Assembly: GCA_041658955.1 (NCBI GenBank)
Contig: JBAZZE010000002.1
Location: 12,505-76,504, forward strand
Length of the DNA stretch: 64,000 bases
Direction of reading: 5' to 3'
DNA from: Candidatus Shapirobacteria bacterium
GTDB taxonomy: Bacteria > Patescibacteriota > Microgenomatia > UBA12405
Position numbers and translations under genes: made by a program. Shown here one piece after another: positions 58,264 to 64,000 of this stretch (within the stretch, counting starts at the first letter, position 1; every line of letters begins with the position of its first letter). The notes beneath the pieces are model-generated. The model worked only from the letters and a program-made list of their open reading frames with translations. It had not been told where the DNA came from and did not search any database.

Positions 58264-59544
58264 ATGATTAGTTTGTTTAATTATCCACCAACTGAGGAAC
58301 AAATTTGGATTCTGATGAAAGTGGGAATCGGCGGTGAAGCTGGGCTATTAGCTTTGCGGATATTGACAATTTTATTAACGGGAATAGTTTTGTGGTTGTG
58401 GTTTAGTAAACTCAAAAATATATTATCGATAAAAAGTTCGATATTAGCAGTTGGCTTGCTTTTAATATCCCCCACAATGTGGGTGTTATGTTGGTCATAT
58501 CCGTTAATGATAGTAAAAATAGCTGTAGTGCTTTTGATACTGTCATATTTAAAAACCAAATGGTGGGTGGTGGTACTTATATTACTAGGAATTGGATTTT
58601 ATAATGTGAAATTCCTTAAACAAAATCCGGCAATATTATCGAAGATAACTATGGCTGATGCCAAAAATGAAGTAAATATGAGATTTATGTCGGAGGATAG
58701 CTTGCGAATAAAAATGGAATTACCTTTGTGGTGGCGACGAATAGGTTATAACAAAATTTTTATTACTTATCGTGAGGTTTTGGCTGAAGCTTTACCTTTT
58801 CTTGATTTGGAAACTCTTTATTTTCAGGAAGTACATCCGATGGAGCAAAAGTCAGTGGTTTTGTTTTATTGGCCGGAAGTTTTTATATTAGTAATCGGAA
58901 TTTATTTTTGGGTCACTTCAAAGATAAATAAAAACGCTATGAACATGCTGGTAATTTTGATACTAATTGCTTTTACTGATTATTTATTTTCAAATACGGT
59001 GGTATACCAACGATTTATTTTGATGTTAATTCCACTGTCTTTAATTATGGCGACTGGTGCTGAAAAAATATTGACTAATAATAAATATATCGGTGGATTG
59101 GTGACTATGGTGGTGCTGTATGCAGTCTATGTTAATGGTTATGACATTACTCACCGAGCTGACTTTTGGCTAGACAATCGTCCGTTAGTCTATAAATCTT
59201 GGTATGCCGGAATCAGAACTCTTGGTGTTGAAAATTATCCAAAAATTTATATTTCAACCCTGATCGGTAACAGTGATAATTACTGTTGGTTTTATCTTGG
59301 AGAACAATGTAAGTCTGAAAGGTTCGTATTCAATAGTTTTGATCTTTCTAAGGGTAATATTGATAATGGTCTATATGCTGGGTTTACAGGTGAATTTGTT
59401 GGCCCAAGATTTAAAAATGATTTTAATACTGATTGGGAAACCCAACTCCCATCATTGGGACTGACTTTAATTTCAAAAGAAAATATTCGAGATACTGTGG
59501 CGTACAAGTATGGTAACGATATTGGTTTAGTGGTCAAAAAATGA
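58264..59544 (+). CDS. Hypothetical polytopic membrane protein (possibly a degenerate PMT_2-like paralog lacking the DE motif)
   Basis: 426 aa with about 8 TM helices and a C-terminal soluble region with weak resemblance to the C-terminal domains of neighbouring PMT_2 paralogs. Confidence 0.35.
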   Translation: MISLFNYPPTEEQIWILMKVGIGGEAGLLALRILTILLTGIVLWLWFSKLKNILSIKSSILAVGLLLISPTMWVLCWSYPLMIVKIAVVLLILSYLKTKWWVVVLILLGIGFYNVKFLKQNPAILSKITMADAKNEVNMRFMSEDSLRIKMELPLWWRRIGYNKIFITYREVLAEALPFLDLETLYFQEVHPMEQKSVVLFYWPEVFILVIGIYFWVTSKINKNAMNMLVILILIAFTDYLFSNTVVYQRFILMLIPLSLIMATGAEKILTNNKYIGGLVTMVVLYAVYVNGYDITHRADFWLDNRPLVYKSWYAGIRTLGVENYPKIYISTLIGNSDNYCWFYLGEQCKSERFVFNSFDLSKGNIDNGLYAGFTGEFVGPRFKNDFNTDWETQLPSLGLTLISKENIRDTVAYKYGNDIGLVVKK

Positions 59545-61193
59545 AATCAAAGATAGCTATTATAATCGTGGTGGTAACGATGGTGTTGGGAATAATCTTA
59601 CGGTTTACTGGACTTGATAAGTCCCCTCCCTCACTAGGATTTGATGAAGCAGCTCTTGGTTACAATGCTTATTCACTTTTACTTACCGGAAAAGATGAAT
59701 ATGGAAATTTTTTACCAATATCTTTACGCTCCTTTAATGATTTTAAACCGGCTTTATATGGGTATTTGACTATTCCTTTTATTAAAGTGTTTGGTCTAAA
59801 TGAATCGTCAGTACGAATGGTGTCGGCTGTGGCAGGGATTGTGTCATTGTGGTTTTTATATAAATTTTTGTCAGTTTTTATAAAGGACAAACTAGTTTGT
59901 AGCTTAGTATTTTTATGGCTGTCTTTTGAACCGTGGAGACTGCATTTTTCCAGAAACGCTTTTGAGACACATCTCTCATCAGCATTCTTTTTAATGGGTG
60001 CTTATTTTTTAATAAAAAATAAAAAGATACTTTGGAGTTTATTGTTCTTTGGTCTGTCTGCCTATAGCTATCATTCGGCTCGATTGAGTGTGCCAATGTT
60101 GATAGTACTTTGGGGAATAGACCCTTTAAAATGGTTTTGGATGGATAGTGTCAAGGAAATGGTTACCTCAGTTTGGAATGGAGTAACTAAAATGTGGTGG
60201 ATACTGGCACTATTTATTATTATAGTCATTCCAGTATTTATGGCCAATAGTAGTTTGGTGTTGACTCGATTTAATCAAGAAAACGTATTCAAAAGATTTT
60301 ATCCATACGCACCAAAAGAATTTGTACAAGGTATAAACCCCTTTTTGTCGTTTAACTCAAATGCTTTGTATTACTTTGGAGGAATCATAAGTGGTCATGT
60401 GATGTCTTACTTCTCTCCGATTAATTTGAATTCGAGAATATACGCTTGGGTAAAAATGTCACCACAATTTATACCGGGAATGGGGATGTTGGGATGGATT
60501 GAAGGAGTAGTGTTTTTATTTGGGTTGGTAGTGGTCTTTAAAAACCTAAGAAAATCTTTTGAACACCGCTATCTTATTTATTGGATGATTTCTGGAATTG
60601 CTCCGGCGGCGGTTACTTGGACTTGGTATCACCCATTACGTTCTTTAAATATATTTCCGGCGATTGAAATAATAGTGGCCCTGGGAGCGGTGGAGATATT
60701 AAGGATGATTAAAAACAAGCTGTGGTATGTCTTAATCGCTGTTATTTTAATAATAAGTGTGGTTTACACTATTAATAACGAATTGCTTTATAGTGCCTAT
60801 GAAAACCATGGTGAATATCAACCGGGAGGTTTTAGAGAAGGAATGATGACTCTAAAAGAATTATCAAAAGATTATGATCAAGTAATAATTGATTCTCCTC
60901 ATGCCCAGAGCTTTATATTTGTACTTTTTTATCAAAAAATTGATCCAAATATTGTCCATAAATATGCAGATATTCGACCCAAGCCGGGGGTGGAGGGAAA
61001 TTTAAACTTTAACTTTGAGAAATTTGTTTTTAGACCAATTGATTGGCCCAAGGATAGGAATCTGAAGAAAACGATTATTTGGACTGATGACACGATGAGT
61101 AAAGAAGAGATTGAGGCCATTCCAGGTGCTAAACTACGTATGGTAGTGCCGAACGCTTTATATGACACTGCTAGAATAATAACCATCGAATAA
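59541..61193 (+). CDS. PMT_2/ArnT-like GT-C membrane glycosyltransferase, paralog
   Basis: 550 aa. PPSLGFDEAALGYNAYSLLLTGKDEYGNFLPISLRSFNDFKPALYGY. Confidence 0.75.
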   Translation: MKSKIAIIIVVVTMVLGIILRFTGLDKSPPSLGFDEAALGYNAYSLLLTGKDEYGNFLPISLRSFNDFKPALYGYLTIPFIKVFGLNESSVRMVSAVAGIVSLWFLYKFLSVFIKDKLVCSLVFLWLSFEPWRLHFSRNAFETHLSSAFFLMGAYFLIKNKKILWSLLFFGLSAYSYHSARLSVPMLIVLWGIDPLKWFWMDSVKEMVTSVWNGVTKMWWILALFIIIVIPVFMANSSLVLTRFNQENVFKRFYPYAPKEFVQGINPFLSFNSNALYYFGGIISGHVMSYFSPINLNSRIYAWVKMSPQFIPGMGMLGWIEGVVFLFGLVVVFKNLRKSFEHRYLIYWMISGIAPAAVTWTWYHPLRSLNIFPAIEIIVALGAVEILRMIKNKLWYVLIAVILIISVVYTINNELLYSAYENHGEYQPGGFREGMMTLKELSKDYDQVIIDSPHAQSFIFVLFYQKIDPNIVHKYADIRPKPGVEGNLNFNFEKFVFRPIDWPKDRNLKKTIIWTDDTMSKEEIEAIPGAKLRMVVPNALYDTARIITIE

Positions 61194-61194
61194 G

Positions 61195-62415
61195 ATGAGA
61201 AAAATATTGTTATTGGCGGCGACATTATATTTACTGGTAGCACCTTTCACTTATCATCCTGATAATAAACTGGTACTGTACTACGCAACTCTAGGTAACG
61301 GAAAAGTTTGGGATATCTATAGCTACCTCAATACAAATTATGATGCTGCTCCGAAGTTCCACTATCCACCAATGCATTATTGGGTGGTGAAAGCAGAATA
61401 CCCGCTAGTTAGACTGGTTGGTGGAAAGGGAATTGAAAATTGGTTAAGACGAGGGGCAAACGAGGCTTTTGATGACCCTAATATATTTATATATAATTTG
61501 GCAACAAAACTGCCTATCTTAGGATTGGTGCTGCTAACCGGTTGGTTAATATTCAAAATCTGTTTGCAACAGGGATTTAATAATTACAAATCGAGGTGGG
61601 CGGCTGCTATATGGTTGTTTAATCCAATTATTTTTTATAGTGCTATTGTCATGGGACAAAACGACATGTTGGCGATTGCTCCGTTTATGGTGGGTTGGTA
61701 CTTGATGAGTTCATATCCTTGGGTAGCGTTTGCAATATTCGGAATAGCTAGTGGAATAAAAACATACCCGTTAATATGGGCAATATATTTGGCATTTACT
61801 TATGTAAAGTTCCCCATTTGGAAACGACTTGGACTAGTTATGGTCAGTATAGGTATCTATTATCTGACAATGGCACCATTTTTGAGATATGAATACTTTA
61901 GGACTGATGTTTTGTATTCTGGTTTGGCGACACGGATGTTTGAAGCTGGAATTGATATTGGACTGGGTGATAGAGTACTGATTGTGCCACTACTATTGGG
62001 AATACTTTTGTTGGTGGCTATAAGTAAAAAAATAGGTAAATCATTTGTGAATACTGCTAAATTATTGGTCGCAGTTAATTTAATCATTTTAGGTTTTATC
62101 CATTTTCATCCCCAGTGGTTTATTTGGATAGTACCTTTCTTATCGATATATCTTGCATCACATAAAAAAGATTTTTTGAGTTTATGGCTTTTATTGGGAG
62201 TTATGGTTGGAGTGGTGTTGCTTTTTGATGATAAGTTTTTATACTGGGGACTATTGAGTCCTTTAAACAATGGACTGTTAAACTTGCCTTTAATTCGTGA
62301 TGTATTGGTTGCTAAAGGCATGGATGTGATGTTGCTGTCGAATTTACTACATACTTTGGCAGCGGCTGTTGGTGGTTATTGGTTTTGGAAAGTATTAAGT
62401 GAAAAGAACAAATAG
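61195..62415 (+). CDS. Polytopic membrane protein, DUF2029/GT87-like (GT-C-type mannosyltransferase-like)
   Basis: 406 aa with about 10 TM helices. An HYPPMHYW (YPP) motif sits in the first loop. Confidence 0.35.
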   Translation: MRKILLLAATLYLLVAPFTYHPDNKLVLYYATLGNGKVWDIYSYLNTNYDAAPKFHYPPMHYWVVKAEYPLVRLVGGKGIENWLRRGANEAFDDPNIFIYNLATKLPILGLVLLTGWLIFKICLQQGFNNYKSRWAAAIWLFNPIIFYSAIVMGQNDMLAIAPFMVGWYLMSSYPWVAFAIFGIASGIKTYPLIWAIYLAFTYVKFPIWKRLGLVMVSIGIYYLTMAPFLRYEYFRTDVLYSGLATRMFEAGIDIGLGDRVLIVPLLLGILLLVAISKKIGKSFVNTAKLLVAVNLIILGFIHFHPQWFIWIVPFLSIYLASHKKDFLSLWLLLGVMVGVVLLFDDKFLYWGLLSPLNNGLLNLPLIRDVLVAKGMDVMLLSNLLHTLAAAVGGYWFWKVLSEKNK

Positions 62416-62986
62416 ACCTCTTCGAATATTTGTTGTTCTATTGGGAATAATGTTGTTTTTGGCTGGGTTATTTTTGGTGGTGTCAGTGATACCCTCAAAA
62501 GTTACGGTTGAAAACTTTAGGCTATATTCCACTTTATTCCCTAATTTATCGGAAAAGCAAAAATTTGAAGCCAATTTTGTATCTATTTATCCTGGTTTGG
62601 AGCGGATTGATGTATTGTTCAAAAACCCAAATTTAGAAAGTCGGGATGAGTTGAAAATAAAAATATTGAGAAATAGCGGTGAGATAGTTTATCAACAGGA
62701 CTTTTCGGGATTTAATTTTGGTGATACTTCACATGCTAGACTCGATTTTCCAAAAGGAACCGTAAGAAAAGGAGAAAACTTGTCGGTGTTAGTTGAATTG
62801 ACCAAGGTAATCGATGGGAAATTAATGGTGGGAACAAAAAATGGTGAATTGAATTTTATTCAATACTACAATTCGAATACTGCTGGCGCTGTAGTGGGTA
62901 GAATGGTGAATACTTTGAACAAGGTTGTTGGTCAGCCTATTGTGGTTTTGTTACCAATAGCTTTTGGAGTGATGACAATATGGTAG
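62399..62986 (+). CDS. Hypothetical protein with an N-terminal TM anchor and an extracytoplasmic domain
   Basis: 195 aa. An N-terminal hydrophobic helix (IFVVLLGIMLFLAGLFLVV) is followed by a beta-rich soluble domain. No motif recognised. Confidence 0.35.
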   Translation: MKRTNRPLRIFVVLLGIMLFLAGLFLVVSVIPSKVTVENFRLYSTLFPNLSEKQKFEANFVSIYPGLERIDVLFKNPNLESRDELKIKILRNSGEIVYQQDFSGFNFGDTSHARLDFPKGTVRKGENLSVLVELTKVIDGKLMVGTKNGELNFIQYYNSNTAGAVVGRMVNTLNKVVGQPIVVLLPIAFGVMTIW

Positions 62987-64000
62987 CTATTATCAAAAAG
63001 AATATTTGGCTAATTTTAATCTTATTTTTGGCGATTGGGTTGCGGATGTATCGGTTGGATTATCTTGAATTATTTGGCGACGAAGTTGATGCTGGATATC
63101 AAAGTTATTCGATATTATTACACGCTAAAGATTATCGAGGAAATTGGCTGCCACCATATATGGAAAGTTTTTCAGAATGGAGAGCGCCAGGATTGATGTA
63201 TACAATGGTGCCGTTTATTAAACTATTGGGATTGAATGAATGGGGAGTGCGGATGCCGTCGGTCTTTTTTGGAGTGGTGTCTATAGTCGGGTTTTATTGG
63301 CTGTTACTAAGATTAAAAGCGTCCAAAAAAGTAGCTTTATGGTCAGTATTGTTTTTAGCCATTTCTCCGTGGCATATCCAATATAGCCGATCGGCTTTTG
63401 AACTGACACTACTATCGGCAATGTTGGTATGGGGTATGGGTTATTTACATAAGGGAATTATTGAAAAGAAAAATATTTATGTTGTATGGTCAGCTCTGGT
63501 ATTTTCTATCTCTATTTATACCTACAATACGGCTAATATTTATGTTCCATTATTTTGTATAGTGATGCTAATTCTGTTTAGAGCTAACTTAAAACAAGCT
63601 TTTGTTTTGATAGTTTCCGGGGCGATTATTTGTCTACCACTTATATACCAAATAGTCTTTGGTCATGCCGCAGAGAGGTTTTCAAAAGTATCAATTACCA
63701 ATAATAAAGAAGTAGTGGCAATGATAAATGATTATCGAAATGCTGATAACTCGTCACTGATGTCAAAAGTATTTTTTAATAAGTACACGGTATCGATAAG
63801 ACGAGTCTTGTTTAACTATACAAATGCATTTTCAGGAGACTTTTTGTTTAGAACTGGAGATGTAACTTTTAGACATTCACTCCATCAAGTAGGATATTTG
63901 TATTGGGTGATGTTGCCACTAATAATCATTGGATTATTAAGTGCCAATAAATATATGGTGATGTGGCTATTGATTGCTCCCATACCTTCTAGCCTGACTT
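62983..64000 (+). CDS. PMT_2/ArnT-like GT-C membrane glycosyltransferase, 3'-partial in window
   Basis: The ATG at 62983 overlaps the upstream stop. Translation MVAIIKKNIWLILILFLAIGLRMYRLDYLELFGDEVDAGYQSYSILL...FSEWRAPGLMY continues to the window edge without a stop. It is not in the ORF track because it is edge-truncated. Confidence 0.7.

Noticed and set aside
1-64000. CRISPR arrays, transposases, integrases and phage genes
   Set aside because: No regularly spaced direct repeats and no transposase, recombinase or phage-like translations were seen. The only nucleotide-level repeat found is the 29.05 kb / 45.9 kb pair.

Overview
This window is one gene-dense locus (about 56 genes, more than 93% coding, AT-rich) devoted almost entirely to cell-surface glycan assembly and tailoring. 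No rRNA, tRNA, CRISPR array, transposase, integrase or phage gene is visible. The locus encodes roughly 33 glycosyltransferases: 11 single-domain GT2, 8 single-domain GT4, one 993-aa GT2–coiled-coil–GT2–GT4 fusion, and 11 to 12 integral-membrane GT-C-fold proteins. Most of the GT-C proteins are PMT_2/ArnT-like paralogs in a tandem array at 50.3–64 kb; the set also includes a TMTC-like GT-C+TPR protein and a YfhO-like protein. Other genes support an ABC-transporter-dependent pathway and related steps: a Wzm/Wzt exporter, a Wzy_C/WaaL-like ligase, the GDP-fucose pathway (gmd, fcl), two galE paralogs, a Gtr-like module (flippase-like protein, polyprenol-phosphate GT2, DUF2304), two O-acyl/acetyltransferases, and five SAM methyltransferases (class I and FkbM). 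Two things stand out. First, five paralogous cobalamin-binding radical SAM enzymes sit between 32.7 and 46.5 kb, interleaved with GTs and methyltransferases; one has a CX3CX3C motif and one a CX4CX2C motif in place of the canonical CX3CX2C. I rank this as the most likely candidate for an undescribed system, plausibly radical C-methylation or other radical tailoring of a surface glycan or glycoprotein. Second, an ~80-nt GC-rich intergenic element at 29.05 kb shares ~46 nt at ~90% identity with a segment inside the coding sequence of one of these radical SAM genes. Genes overlap by 4 to 95 nt at most junctions, all three convergent junctions share overlapping stop codons, and Shine-Dalgarno sequences are essentially absent. 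Together with low GC and the many GT-C paralogs, this is compatible with a small-genome uncultured lineage (for example a CPR/Patescibacteria-like bacterium), but that is inference only. All protein family calls come from motif recognition by eye in the translated ORFs and need HMM or BLAST confirmation.
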